This document shows positions 24,386 to 39,249 of a stretch of DNA of 64,000 bases, piece by piece (position 1 is the first letter of the stretch; the number at the start of each line of letters is the position of its first letter). Below the pieces are notes generated by a model. It did not search any database. It saw only the letters and a program-made list of their open reading frames with translations, and had not been told where the DNA came from. Location: NCBI GenBank assembly GCA_050273025.1, contig CP158636.1, positions 6,758,001-6,822,000 on the forward strand. Direction: 5' to 3'. The DNA is from Cenococcum geophilum (taxonomy: Eukaryota). The translations under genes were made by a program, and so were the position numbers.

Positions 24386-27300
24386 AACGGAATATAATAC
24401 GGGATGTAATAAGTTAGACCTATATAAGCGTACCTACTTATAGTTTTATAGCACTACTAATAGCGGGATAGTATAAATGTCAAAACGTACAAAGTCCTTC
24501 TGTTAGGTCTTACAAGTATTAGCATAATTAGTGTTCCTAGTACTATCTCCAGCGAGGTTAAAGGATACTTTTAGTTAATAATGGAAGGTTTTAGCTAGGT
24601 GGGTATTATAACAAATGATATAAGCTAGCTAATAGGTAGAGACACAGAATTGAATAAGTGATCTCTTTTATTTAAGGTGGCTCTAAGAGCCCTAATATAT
24701 ATAAGGAAATAACCCTAGTTCGACCTTCGGTGTCTATAGTCGTTCAAAGTCTAACGCCTTAGCAGTAAAGCTACCTCTATAGCCAACAGAAGGAATCGCT
24801 CTAAGTATTAAAACATTTTCGTCGCTAAAGCCCCAAAAACGTAACCTAAGCAGGGATCCCTACGATAGAACTATTCTTAAGTCCGTAAATAGCATAGCGA
24901 AAGATTTACATTAATACTAACTACGGCCACCTCTAATGCTTGGAATTCACCGCCAAAGTAAGCCATTATATGCTGTTTTCGCATCTCTATATATATTTAT
25001 GGTGAGTTTATATCCCCTAGTGGCCGCACATCTTATAGCGGCCCCGTTTAGCGACCCTAAATTAGGCCTTAACCTTTACCGACCTTTACTACCTATGGCA
25101 CAGCGGGAACCTAGTATATAAGTATGAAACGTATTACAGCAAGTAGCGTCTTCTTATATTTAAGGTTTAATATCCCTTTCTCTAGGCTTATTAGTATCTT
25201 TACTCCTCCATTTCTACTATTACTTACTTATCCGACTTATTACTAAGACTCTTACCTTTAGCCGCTAGGAACAACCTATATAGTAGAGCTTTCACCATAA
25301 TACTGTAGTAGGTAAGAGAGTGCTAAAACTGCGCTAAGCTGCAAAAGCAGGTTAATATTATGGCTTAGAATATAAAAGCCTCCTAGAAAATGCAAAGTAC
25401 TATATAATAAGAGAACGAGCAACTCTAGGCCTTACTAGCAATTAATAGCGTCTCTAAGGACCAGATAAAGACCTTTTATTTATAATATCCATACCAGTCC
25501 GATAAAAAGATATTAATAGTTATTCCAGAGACAGAGATAAATTATAGGCACTTTCTTACAACGTATCCGAAGTCTCAATTATCTACATAGCAATACACCT
25601 TAATGACTTCCAACAATTGTTGCGATAATACTACTTTAAGCTTTATAAAGGCTGAGTAGGTTACCTAAAATTAGACTCTATTAGGCACACAGTTCTAAGA
25701 TATAGGAGAGCAATTTTAGTCAAACTAGCTCACTCTACTAACGGCTACTAAAACTACTTATAACGGAGAAACTTTAATTTATACTAAACCTACTCTAGAA
25801 GGTCCTAAAGTTAAGCATTAATTACCGTATTCTAATTGCTGGGTTACGAAGACGAAATGCAACAGGAACTCTCCGTATAGTCGCTATTAGATATATAGCA
25901 AAGAGTGTGACTATAAGCGGCTATACGTTTAACGTAATACTATAGTACCTCTTAAGCAGCGATTAGAAACAAGGGCCCATTAGGCGCTAAACAGTATCCA
26001 AGTATCTATATATTCTTATTTTAGGCACTGCCGCCTTTTTAGCTTAGGGGTCTATTTCTAGTGATTCTTACTTAGCGGAAAGATAAAGGGCGGGGGTTAG
26101 TAAAGGCAAGTTTAGCATTAATGAGGCGATAAAGCGCTAGCTATGGAAAGCAATGGCACGGCTAAGCTAGGGATTCTTATTAGCTTAGGACTTCGTAATT
26201 AGGATAGCTTAATTAGGGTTTATTAATTATAATCTTTTCTATTTCTTTCTTTTTTAGTAGTAATAAAGAAGGAGGAACGCTTTATCCTTACTTTCCTAAG
26301 AAACGACACCTATTATATACATAAGCACGTATACAGACTTGCAAGTTAGGCATACCACAGTAACTACACAAACGGTTTTGCACGATATTTGCCATTGGTT
26401 ATATCCAAGATATCCTAAACTATAACATCAAAAAATATTAATTTAATTTTATAGCTACAGGCTTAGGACTAGAATACCTAAAAGCGCTCTTCTTTAGAAA
26501 ATAATATGCGTTAAGGTAATCTAGTTACCCTATTTACCCTCCCCTGTTCTTCTCTAAGCCCTACGTCCCTAACCGCATCTCAAACTATATCCTAAAGCCT
26601 ATACTTTTATTAACGGCGCATAATTAGAAACAGGACCAGTGCTATTAAAATAATAGTAGTGATTATAGTAATCCCCGCGACGGCCGTACCGCTTATACCA
26701 CTAGAACTTTTCTTACCCATATCTACTATATTAGCTTATATCGCTAACTTTATTATAGAGTTACTTACTAGGATAAGAGCTTTTAGAGTCTTATAGAGTT
26801 TTTTTAAGGCGTAGTATAGCCTTTATAAGTTTTTGTAAGAAAGATTAAGGTTATGGTTAGTATAATGTGTATTACAATCCCTAGCAGCCAACAATTATAC
26901 CTTTTAACTACATGCCGTCCCTAATAGACCGTTAAAGTTAAAACTTAAAATTAAAAAATTATTTTAATATTTCTATTTAGTCTTTTTAATTTCCTATTTT
27001 ACGATTTAAGTTTCATATTTCTCATTTATAATTTCTTCCCGTTTCTCACTTCCTATTTCTTACTTCCTATTTCCTATTTCCCGTTTCCCATTTTATGTTT
27101 CTAAGATTAGTAATACCGGATATCTTTAATAAAAAACTAGAACAAATCGCTACTAAAAATATCGTTTTATAGCATTTGAGAATATAAAATTATATTCTTC
27201 TACCTTTATACTAGAAACAAAACGCAAAAATATTCTATCTCCGAGTTTCTCCTTTAATCTATCTTCTCTATCTCTTACGCTAGTATTTTGCTTATACTTA

Positions 27301-29049
27301 GGTAGAGCAGATATTAATTTTAGATGATTATAGCGTCCTAGAAGAATCTCCCGGTTTCCCTTAAGGAAATAATAAACTATACTATACGCTAGAAGCATTA
27401 GCCTTGCTAACACTAATATTAAGTTCTCCGCACCTCGCCTTTCTTTATTAGTAATAGAGACGCCTATATAACTTATCTCCTACCTCCCAATAGCCGTGAT
27501 AGTAATGCTCTCCTACCTATAGACCCCATATGCAAATAAACTCAGATAAATTACAACTAAACATTAGGGAGTCCTATATTATTTGCACTAACAGGAGATA
27601 CTATACTACTAATGTATTAAGAAAATGGCTACGTTACCCTACTAAATTAAACCCCAGGTAAGGCCTCCTCTAGAGAAGTTTCTATTTATAGAATAGCAGT
27701 TTCTTCTTCTTCTAACTTACTACTAGCAATTTATTAGGTGTGGAATAGTAACGGAACCGGGGGGGATAGTTATGGGCGCCTTCTTACACAAGCACCTTTT
27801 AATAATAGCAGCTGCTATTAGATAAATAGTAGTCCTAAGTCTCTTTGCCGTTAGAACCTACCGTAGCGACAATATAAGGACTTTAAGGGTAATAGTTTGT
27901 AGTATAGTATCTAAGTTAAGCTGCTCTAGGACCTTATTTATAGTAGTATATATACACTATACTAGGTTTAGGATTGGCCTATATTACTAAATCTACTAGT
28001 TTTGCTAAACGGAAAGCAGGAGATATACATAACTTGCGTAGATATTTAGATAGTGTAATACGTCTTAGATGCTGGTTTATTTACAGTAGCTGCTAGAAGT
28101 ATAAGGAGGAATTGAGATTAGATATACTGATAGATTATTACCATCTTATTTAAGCATTTATTATATATTTACTACATTAACTTTAAAATCCAGTTATCTA
28201 GAAATTATTTTAAATCTGCATCCTAAGCCATAGGTTAAACGTTTATTTATAAATTCTATCTAAAATATAAGCAGTACTTCTAGGAGTTAGGTCCTTCTAA
28301 ATCTCCTTTAAAATACACGCTTTATTATTAATTAATATCCATTAAGAGTGACAGCTAGTAATACTTAAGCTAATATTTAAAATAGTTAAGGCTATTAATC
28401 TAATTTATTAAACGGTCAGATTAAGAATAAGAACTCTACTATATTAAATATAGCTCTAGAGCCTCTATATATACACTAAGAAGTCATTATCAGCTTCGTG
28501 TAATCTACAACGTATTTAGTTAATCAGTTAGAGCTTTACACATCAGTCGTTTAATTAAAGACTAATACGATGTCTAAAGTTTCGCAGGTTAACACCCCCC
28601 AGCTACACAAAGCCTTCCAAGCTGTAAAAAGGTATAAAAAGTCGCGATATTAATTTGGTGTTAAGTTAAATATACCCCTAAAAGCTCTTAATCAAACGTC
28701 CCTTAAATTTAATCCTTTCCTCAATATTAACCAGATTCAATTTACGAACAAACGCCTTATTCTTTTAATGCGGTAGAGCCTTTATTAAATTGTCCGCAGC
28801 TATACTAGATATAGGCGTCCAATTAACCTTAATTCTTCCTGTCGATCGTGAGATTAAGAGATAAAAAATTGATAACTCTATCTATCAAACGTGGCTCTAG
28901 GGCCTCTATATATATATAAGGAAGGTATAAAAAACAAAAACAGGTGGTAAGTCATAGGTAGTAAGTAGTAGGGTAGTGGGTTATAGGGTAGTAGACAATA
29001 AAGATAGTAGTAAGACGGTAGTAAGCAAACCTAATTTAGGTCGACACTT

Positions 29050-29900
29050 CCTTTCTTAAGCTTTTCATTAGCTCTTCCTTAAGGGCCCTTAGCTTAAGCT
29101 CATAATATTTAAGGGTTAACTAATTGCTATACCAACCGCAATAGACATACGTCTATCAATCGCCATAGTATAGTAAGTTGTTCTTATTGTCCCAAAAGAC
29201 TCCATATTTATTAAACTTTTGAAGACAGACTAGGCTTATATAAAAGTTTAGTATATACGCTATATTCTTAAACTAAATTCTCCTAGTTCCATCTAGTATC
29301 TAAATTATAATCTTAGCAGTTCTAAAGTCCTTAATTAAATCTAGGCCCGTTCCAGCGTATACGAAGTCATTGCTTAGCTAGAGCTTATCAACGAATCTCA
29401 ATTAATCATTAATGGCGTGTATAGTGGTTCCAGAATTAAGGATAATATTATTACAAAGTGGATAACTAGGGAGTGTTCTAGTATCTCCCTTTTTTATCGT
29501 AAAATTATACTCTAATGCAAGATTAGTTTATAACTGGTAAAGATATAAAAGAGTCTAACCGTCTACTCCTATTAACTCTAGTACTAGAGGATACTCTAAT
29601 AAAGCTAATCTAAGGCTTATAAGGGCTCTTAAAGCATTATCCTCTTTCTTCCACTCCTGTTCTATAGTGATTTGCTCTATTACTTATCCTAGTCTTTTTA
29701 TAGCAAGTTTCGTGTGTTTAACAACTTTATCATTTTTATTAAGCTTTATCTCAATTATTTCAAGTTTACGCTAAGTTTGCAGCTAAAAGTCCTAAAACTG
29801 TAACTTAGTTCTCGACTGCTTATCTTATAGAGATATAATAGTAACATAATCTCTAACAAGCTCTTCTTTAAGCGTATAAGTGTAGAGATATATCTAATAG
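29050..29900 (-). mobile_element. Ty1/Copia retrotransposon fragment (gag end and protease)
   Basis: Minus 29200-29465 reads YPLCNNIILNSGTTIHAIND*LRF...VYAGTG...FRTAKI...NIAYILNFYISLVCLQKFNKYGVFWD, matching the Copia protease ILDSGxxxH...AYxPxFxTxLV. No integrase, RT or LTR was seen. Confidence 0.72.
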
Positions 29901-31073
29901 CAACACACATCAAGTTCAATAATAGGTTTAGGAAGGCTTTAGGTATAATCCATGTCAGCTACAACTTAAGTAAGGCAAATAGTGTTAATAGGAGAATTTA
30001 TAAAATCCTCACTTATCTAAGACAAATGTAGCTAATCTATATGAGTTACTCTTAAGTATAGGGAGGTTCTAAGGCAAAGAAATTCTAGCTTTTAATTAAT
30101 TTTAAATAGAACTGTGCCATAAGCAGCAGCTAATAGTGACCGATTTTTAATAATATTGCATTTATTTATAGGCTCGAATTAACAAATATATTACTTAATC
30201 GGCATATGCGACTATAGCTTCCACTAGGCTAGAACCCTTGTGATAATATAGCTTAATCACCCCTAGCGTTTCAAATGCTTAGATTATACCTCTTTGGCGC
30301 CAGAATCTAGGGTCTCTATATTCCTTCCCTACTTTATAGTCTTAGGCGCTTAAAATATATAATAATATACAAGTAGCATACAACCTCCTTATTTAGCCAT
30401 AGCATAGACTGTAAGGCACGCTAAGATAGCCGCTAATATTATATTAAATAGCGTTTTTTTCCAATCCCACTTGCCGGCTAAAGCGACCTTTAAACTTACT
30501 AATAAGATATATTTCAACCAAACTATATAACCAGTCACAAATAATAATATTATTAGTCTTTACTTAAAGCGCCAGCAGCGCCACTTATTCCTTACTAACC
30601 TTCCATTTTTATTACTTAAGCTATAGCTTAAGTATTTTTAGTATACTCTAGACCCGCTAGTATTTAACGCTAGGTAATTTACTAGAGTTAAACCTTACAC
30701 CCTCCGTTAGTAGGATTTAGCGGCATTACTATAAAGAGGTGCTAAAAGGTTTACCCTAGACTATATATTAGTCGGGGCTTTAAACTACTAGAAGACTTGT
30801 TTAAATATCATAATATAAGTTATCTTAATAGACTTATTTTTTAAATTAAGGGGTTAGGGTAAGGCAGGGAATAGATAACTTCCCTAGTATTATAAAAATA
30901 GAGGAGTAGTCCCAAATAATTTAATTCCGCTTCTGTAGGGGCAAAAAGCCCTTATAGTAGCTTTGTGGTAGGTTATAAACGCCAAGCCTAACTCCTAAGC
31001 CCAACTATCCCACCTAGGAAAGTGGCGTCTATAGGCTTATAGCCCGCACAGGTTACGCAATCACGTAATTATC

Positions 31074-31279
31074 AGTTAATGCGGGGTATACGCTAGCAGG
31101 GGAAAGAAGTCCATACGCTAAAACAAGCCGTACGCGATAAATTCCCGTGTGGGTAAGTGGACTATATAGGCTCTAAGTTAATGCGGGGCATACGCTAGCA
31201 GGGGAAAGAAGTCCATACACTAAAACAAGCCATGCGCGACAAATTCCTATACGGGTAAGTAGACCACGCGGGCTCTGAG
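31074..31279. repeat. 102-bp direct tandem repeat, 2 copies, non-coding
   Basis: agttaatgcgggg(t/c)atacgctagcaggggaaagaagtccatac... starts at 31074 and again at 31176. The differences are transitions. Confidence 0.92.
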
Positions 31280-34200
31280 CCCATAAGGGGCGTAAACACG
31301 TTAGCGTAATTGCTAATATAGAAAATAAGCCCGCAAGGGAACAAGCCTATACGCTAAAAAAAGCTATATACAATAAGAGCCCCTACGGGAAACTACCTAT
31401 TAATTCGCTTAACCAATAACCGAAAACCCGGATCCCAACCAGAAACTTAAAATAGAAAATTGACTTTAGCTAAAGTCTAAAACTAGGTAAGGATTAGTAA
31501 AGCAGAAATCAAAAACCCAAAATTATATTTCGGGTAAATAAAACGCTATTACTTTTTGTTTTTTTTTAAAAAAACAACACATAAAACTTGTCGCTTTCTA
31601 CGTTTATATAAACAGCACTATAGCTATAGGGTCCACCACACACGGTTTAAAATAGACATAACTGACTTACTGTAGTATAAAGATAGTCTTAACAGCGAAG
31701 GCAAGTACTATAGGAAAGTAAGGTTAATATGCTTACTAAATAAACTATAGTTGTACGCTCTTTGCGCATAGAAATCCGGAAGCTTCATAGCATAGAGTAA
31801 CAGCATCACGATTATGTTATAAAAAGCTTAGATGCGATTAAAAGACAGCTATATTTTGGCCGAGAACTAAAAGATAGAGGTAATAGAAAAAGTACTTCTA
31901 TTAATAGTAACAGTTATACCTCCAATAGTCTTCTATATCTAACCAATTATATAGCATTAAAACCCTTAATAGAGGGCAAAACGATTTTTAAGTCACTTAC
32001 AAAAGGGATTAGTAGACATATTTTTTAGGCCCTAATTTAAGAAGCTTCTTTAAAAGAAAAGGGTAGTAATTAGAAAACTATTCTAGCAAGTATAGGCATA
32101 AAGCAGGTCCTAAGAAAGTACTAATAGTAGATATATAAAAATAAAAATGACTTCGACACTATAAAGAAGAAGCTGTTTCCGTATAAAGAGCTCTATAGAC
32201 CTAGTATGCCGGACAAGTTCCCATATAATAGATTCTATAGGCTTAAAGAACTAAAGAAATTCCCATAAAAGAAGCCCAACGAATTTGGCGACAAGTAGAA
32301 GTCCTATTATACTTCCTCCTAACCCTTTCCCACCACACCAGTAGAGGTACACAATCCTACTTAGTAGATTGCAATAAATGGAATAAGCGCTAAAGAGTAT
32401 GCACTAGGTATTATTCTTTAACTCTTTAATATATAAATCTATAAGCCTACTAACCTTAAACACTACTGGTACTTACTTAGGATATAAGTGTTTAAGCTTA
32501 GAAAGAAACTCATAGAGTTTAGGGTTATTATTATATATTAGTTATCCTTTATCGGTAATACGGTGAATAAAATCTTCTACCCGTATTAAGGGACTTAAGA
32601 AATTATTGTAAATTATATAGAGCTTGGAAGAGGTTAAGCTAAGAGAGACAAAAGCGCGGGTTTTATAACGTAGATAGACCACTAGGCATTCTATAGGCGT
32701 TCTACAGTTTCTTATTAAATTTCTATTTTATTCTTCTGTATAGTATTATACTTACAAAGTCTTGCCTACTAAATTACGCCAAATCCCAAGTTCTCTATTA
32801 TCACTCAATGATCCATTAGCGTCACTCTAGCTCAGTTTATTAATATTAGTAGTATTAATTCGCCCTTCTACTAGGTTACTTTAGCGCAATCTATTAATAG
32901 GGTGGCCAGAAGTCCGCAGCTTATTACTGTCGTTTAAAACTACCATCTCTTTATTACTATCTTTATCACTATCCTCTTTTTATTCTTAATTATAAGGTGT
33001 AAAATATATAACGCTAGGGTAGTATATACAGATCGTCTCCTAAGCTCTGCCTACAAACCTGCGAGAATTATTAGTAATCTAATTTAGGTTTATCTAAGGC
33101 ATATACATAATAGGACTTATTTAATAAGTATAGAAAAGAACTATATTTCAGCGAGGCTTAGTATTTAGGGAAAAGGTAGCTTAATCTAAGGACATTTGGA
33201 GGTAAGGCGAATGCCACCTTTATAATATTTCCTCCACTACTTAGCTAAGCTAAGATTAAGTTTAGAAAGGGAGATTAATATTACCTAAACAAGGCGAAGT
33301 ATATCAGCGGCCCCTTTACCCTTCAGCTGGCGTATAATATCCGTTAGCTATAATTACTCCTTACTTAGTATGCGCTCTGTGCCTAAAAGCGCAAGCTACT
33401 AGACTAAATCTAATAGTGGCTGTTTAGGTTAAAGGAGGCATTACTAGGGGTAATAATTAGCTAAGCTGTTACTAAATATAAATACCTAACTAAAATATAT
33501 TACATTAGTGCGGAAGAACTAACGCACTAGTCTCTAGCTTTATAAGCAGTGCTTAGCTATCATTACTTATTAAATTATAAGTAGTCTTAGTACTCTAGCT
33601 CTCATTAGCATTGATATAAAGAAGCTTATATAAATACTGCACACTTTAGTAGCTAGAGAAGTTTACATGAATTTATTAGCCAGAATCGTATAAGTTACTC
33701 TAAGATTAATATTTCTACCTAAATCTATATAACGTGGGTAAAAGTAATACCACTTTCCAAGCGCTATGCTACGGTTTCTAAGGCATGTAGTATAAGTAAG
33801 GAGTTAGGAGATAAAGCTGCCGCGCATTTAGCCACCTCTGGCGTAACTAAGAAGAAGTTTAAGAATACAATTCTTACTCCATCTGGAACTAAATAAGGGC
33901 TTCTATATACTAGTGTTTAGGAATAGCCCTAATAGTTAATTATCGTTTAAAGTTAATAATTTGGCTAAGCTAAGTTTTACGCCTAGAATTAAACAGGGGA
34001 TTCATTTAATATTATAAGAAGGGGCTTAGACACTAGATGCCGGTAGAGGCATCAGCCCCCTAAATACCCAGAAGCCATAGGCGGTAAAGAGATTATCCTG
34101 CAACTGTTAATATAACTTAGTATTACAGCGAAGCAGCTTACGTAGTTTAATATTTTTAGATTAAAACTATACTTATAGCGTTAGTCCTGCAAGGGTATAA

Positions 34201-37200
34201 AGGGCGCTATCGCGCAGTTTTTTTTGCTCTATAGCACTTATAATTCTTAATTCTTTTATACTGGCCCTAAGCTCTTACCAGCTATACTTTCTCCAGTTAA
34301 GGACCACTCGCAGCCATCTAATTCTAAACAGGTGGAAATACTATCTTCGCCTACCCAAACATCCGGAACGGAAATTTTGTATCCCTATAACACCCAAGAG
34401 TATAAGGATATACATATCTTAGGAACAGACTATGCGGAAAGCCATAGTAAAGCCAGCCCTATATATCAAGTTTGGATTATTAATCTTCTTACCCAATAAT
34501 AGGCTCGTCTAACCCCGCGAACATAGTCACTAGTATTAAGGACGTTTCTCTAATACCTCCTAGTAAGATAGCCGGATAACTATAAATCTTTTAATTACAC
34601 TAACAGCCAAGCAGGTGACGATAAGGCCTACTTTACAAATATTTCTAATAACAGCTCAGATTATAAAAGCGAAGGCGAATAGCTTACTAGATTCCTAAGA
34701 AGACCAAACCAAATTTTAAAAGGCGTAACCGAAAACGGTGCACTTAAATACTAGGTAGAGTAGAAGCCTAGGCTGACGAGCATTAGAGCCGCGGAGAGAA
34801 ATAAAAATTTAAGGTATTGCTCGGTTTACATTATAGGTAAAGTAGTAGTTTTATACTAAAAGCCTATTAAAGAGCCTATAACTAACCTAATGTCTAGTAA
34901 ACTTTAATCTTATTATAAAAGGAACCTTAGCAAGTTTATTAGGCATATTATAAGGTTCTAAAAGCTTAGAGAGGCGCTTAAGAATAACAACAAAAAAACA
35001 CTCATAGCTTTAGTAGATAAGAGTAAAATATAAAAGAGACTTAGATTAACCATACAAAACGCCATTAATAAAAGTAGGTAAAAAGAGATCGACGGCGAAT
35101 CTTTAAAAACAAAAGAGAAGTAGAATTTACCCCCAAGCATATAGCGTATAGTAGACTTAGGCCTAAATAGTTTAGAAACAGAACTTTCTCCCATAATACT
35201 TTAACAGTTTCTAAATAATTACTAAGTATTTCTAGTTACTATTAGGCAATTTAATTATTTCCTATATATAACACGCTTCAGTCTTATCTAGCCTACCATT
35301 TCTTAGGAATATATCTCATTAATGCCAATTTACTTACAGCCGTCTCTTCTGGCTAAAATCCAATATTAAAAATGCGTATGTCTTGCTAGTATAAGCGTAC
35401 CGCCTTCCTTACTACGCTTTTAAAAGTAGAAGTCCCACAAACTACAGCAATATTAGTAGAGGAGAAACCCCGCAAATAGGCATACTTACTAAAGATTGCC
35501 ATATTACCAGCCTCTGCTAACTATTCATTTTTAACATACTAGGGTAGATCTAATAATCTATCCGTCCTAAATAAGCGATTGCGCGCTGGCGGTAATATTA
35601 TCTAAAGGTTAGCTATTAACCCTTGCGTTGCGTTCAGAATAAAGAAAGCGATAGTAAAAATCCCCTAGCTATCTATCTTAAGCAAGAGACGTAGGAACTA
35701 GCTAGCCTAGGCCTCTTAATCTATCAAGGAAGGTTAGAAGTAACCTAGGTAAGGCATTAAAGTTTTACCTAATATCTCTAAGAACTATACTAATAAAAGT
35801 CTATATATACAAGCGCTACGATCTTTATAAGCTTTAAGGAGGTGCTTAGCTAAAAGTAAATAAGCGGCGATCTTAACTCCACTTATAACGAAAAGAACTT
35901 TATTAAACTTATCTAAACTCTACACCTAACTATATAGGCCATTAATAATTACAGATAACTAGCTTAGTATTATTATTAGTGCATTACTAAAACCTTTATA
36001 CCTTTATATTAAGAGGGTAATAAAGTCTTGCGAATACTATATAATTAAGTATAGATAAGCTTAAAAAAAACCACCAAAGTGGCAAGCGATGCCTAGCAAT
36101 ATAAGATATACGTATTCCCCAGGCGTGACTTTTTACGGTTTTTTGAGAATGATTAACACCTACACGGCCTATACAGAGTCTAACTAATATGGAAAACTTT
36201 TTATAGTAACTTTATTAGCTAAACCAGACCCACAGTTTTAAAAGTATAAACGGATAAGCTAGATTATATAATAAATGAGCTATAACGCAAAGCTAATTAA
36301 GAGATAAATTACTAGTAGAGTTTTCCTTAACCTAACGTAAACCTATAGTATACCTACGAGCGCAATCACGGAGACTAAGTGTAATTTAAGGAATACTTTA
36401 TATGTATAGCGCCGGAGATATAATACGGACAGTCTACTAAGTAATATAATAACTAAAATAAGCTAGTATTCTTTTAGTATAAGAGCAAGTATAGTACGAA
36501 GTAACGAACTAATATTTCCCAAGCGGAACTAGGAACTACCAAGAAGTTGGTAAAACTATATATAAGACCTTAAATTACGCAAACGCGGCCTACCTAGCGG
36601 TAAAGTAGGCCGTATTAGCTCAGATTTAGATAAAGGACTTTATTACCAATTAGACTAGTCCTACCACTAAGATATAGCGGGACTATATTAATAATAAAAA
36701 GAGAGTTACAACGTTTCGCTAACTTGGCGCGGCCTAAAATTCTAAGAGTATAGATAATAATGTTCGCTATAATATAAAGAAGAATGAGAATCGCTATAAG
36801 TACGCTTATATCAGAGCTTCCTTTTTGGCGCTTAATAACTAACGTATAATTAAGTCTTTTGTAAAGAAAAGAGAAGATTAACTTACAGGTGGGTGTATTA
36901 ATTAGCTATAAGAGCTTCTACAGAGTAAATGCTCCGAATGCGGCTCTAAGGGAGATAAGGAAGATTATAATTATTTATATAGTGTTCTATAATGCTGAAT
37001 TTCCTAGGCAAGATATACGTTATATACCAGTACCTAGATATATACTTTACTTACATAATTTAGCCTATGTAGATGGTTTCGAAATATATAAAGACGGATT
37101 TTAAAATCTAGAAACCGTTTTTAGGGAAGGCAGGGTTTATAAATCGGCGATTTGCAATTTTATAATTAATCTTAAATCCAGTATCCGAGATTACTGATCC

Positions 37201-39249
37201 CTAATCCTTAAAATCTAATACTTAACTTACTTAGCATCCAGCTTCGCCTTCTTTTTTTAGTATACACACCTTCTAACTAGCCGCTTATTAGTTTACCGCT
37301 AAAGCCCTAGCGTTAATTCCTTCTAACGCGCGCAAATAAGGGGGCTATATCTAGAGTACGCCACTTAGGTGCATTTAACAGACGTCTATTATCTTACTCC
37401 CTTCTCATTAGTATTGGGGGAGAATAAGGCATAACTAAGCGGGAAAGTATTACCAGCGTACGTAAGCCTTTAGATAGTTAAATTCGTAGTATACACATTA
37501 AGAGCTCGCATCTAACAGTTAGCATAAGCTAATAGGCAGCAAGAGTATGATTAAAATCCCAACTAAGTGCCGCAGCTAATTGGAGTAAAAGTTCGAAAGC
37601 TATAAAACTGGTGTTTATTAGACACGGCTTCTATAGAGGAATAATTAACTATAGAACACTCTCCGTAGACCCTTTGACTGGTCCTTACGCGCGCGAGCTA
37701 TAACACATCCCCCAACTCTATAGCCAGATCCGCAAGACTAGAATATATAGTCTTAAAAAGCTTAGTATTAGTAGTAAAATCTAAATTTAGTAGTATATAA
37801 ATGTCTACCATTCTCCTTATAAGCTTATCCGCTAACTTTACATTAACTTATTAACATTTAACCACTACCAAGATTTAAGCTTTACGTATTTTTTCCTCTC
37901 TACCCTTAGCTATTCCCATCACAATATCTATAGTACAAAAAATTTTTAAACGCTATAAAGAAGGAATTAACAGGAAATGTTACGAGCTTATAAGAAGAGT
38001 CCCTAATACTAAACTCGCCCTTATTATTAAAAGAAATAGAGTTAAGCATATTTTCCGTTCCTACCCTAACGAGAACTAGCCTAAATCCATAGAAGAGATA
38101 ATTAGTTTCCTTTAAGTTTTTGCTAAAATACATCTTACTAACTAAAGTACATAGCAACGCTGTAATCCATAGAACTACTACCCAGTTAACTACTAAACTA
38201 TTAACAAGTTTTAAGAAGCTGGAGGGCTCCTTACCGGAGATCTAATGGTAGCCTACCTAGCAATAACAACGTTATAAACCCAAACCTCCTTTAATCCAAG
38301 CTTTAATGGTAGTTATATTAGCTTTAATAGACTTAGTGAAGGTATATAGACTTCTAGGTTTACTAAGAACATACTCGACTAACCCCTTAATAGCTTTCCT
38401 ATTAGTTCTTATAATAGGGGTAACGACGTTACAAGAGATAACTAGGATCCTAACCAGGAACTAAACAAAGACTTCTTAGAAGATAATAATAATAATAAGG
38501 ACTTCCCCTATCTTGCGCCTATTAAAGAAGAGAATAAGCAATTCTAAAATATATCTAATTAGCTACCATCCATCCATGCCCTTTAACCCGGTACTAGATA
38601 GTTAAGCCATAGAGTTAAAAAAAGGCCTCGCGCTACTGCAGCCGGTTAAAACTAACCTTAGAATATAACCTAGGCTTAGATAGCTAGGGCAGCTTAAGGC
38701 ATAGCTATGTAATAAAGGGTAAGTCCGCCTAACTCAAACGGGTTTTTCTCTACTGGGTTATATCCCACTAACAGATTTATCAAAAACGCACAGCATAGTA
38801 GTTGCTCTCTTAGCCGTCAGAACAGGGTTTACGCTAAGTCTATATCACCAATACGGTATATAAATAATGGATTAAACAGAACCCGGTTATTTAACTTACT
38901 TTAGATAATACCGCTACCTCTAACCTTTAAACCCAGCTCTTATACTTAGCAGTTTTATTTTAAATAATAGATAGTCATATATAATTAAGTAGGGTCTTTA
39001 GTATATTCACATTGTGCTGATTTATTAAAGTTAAACCGTTACAATTTAAGATTAGATATCCGCAATCGGTAAAGGACTATTAGGTTCCAGGTAACTATTA
39101 TAATGTTTTAGTATTAAAATTCCACATTATCTTAGGGATGGCTAAGGACTAGGCGGCTCTTTTATTTTATTTTAGACGATTTAATTATTATTACTAGGTT
39201 AGCAATCTGCTTTTATACTCTACGGTCTTTTATTTTAATACTATTTTAT

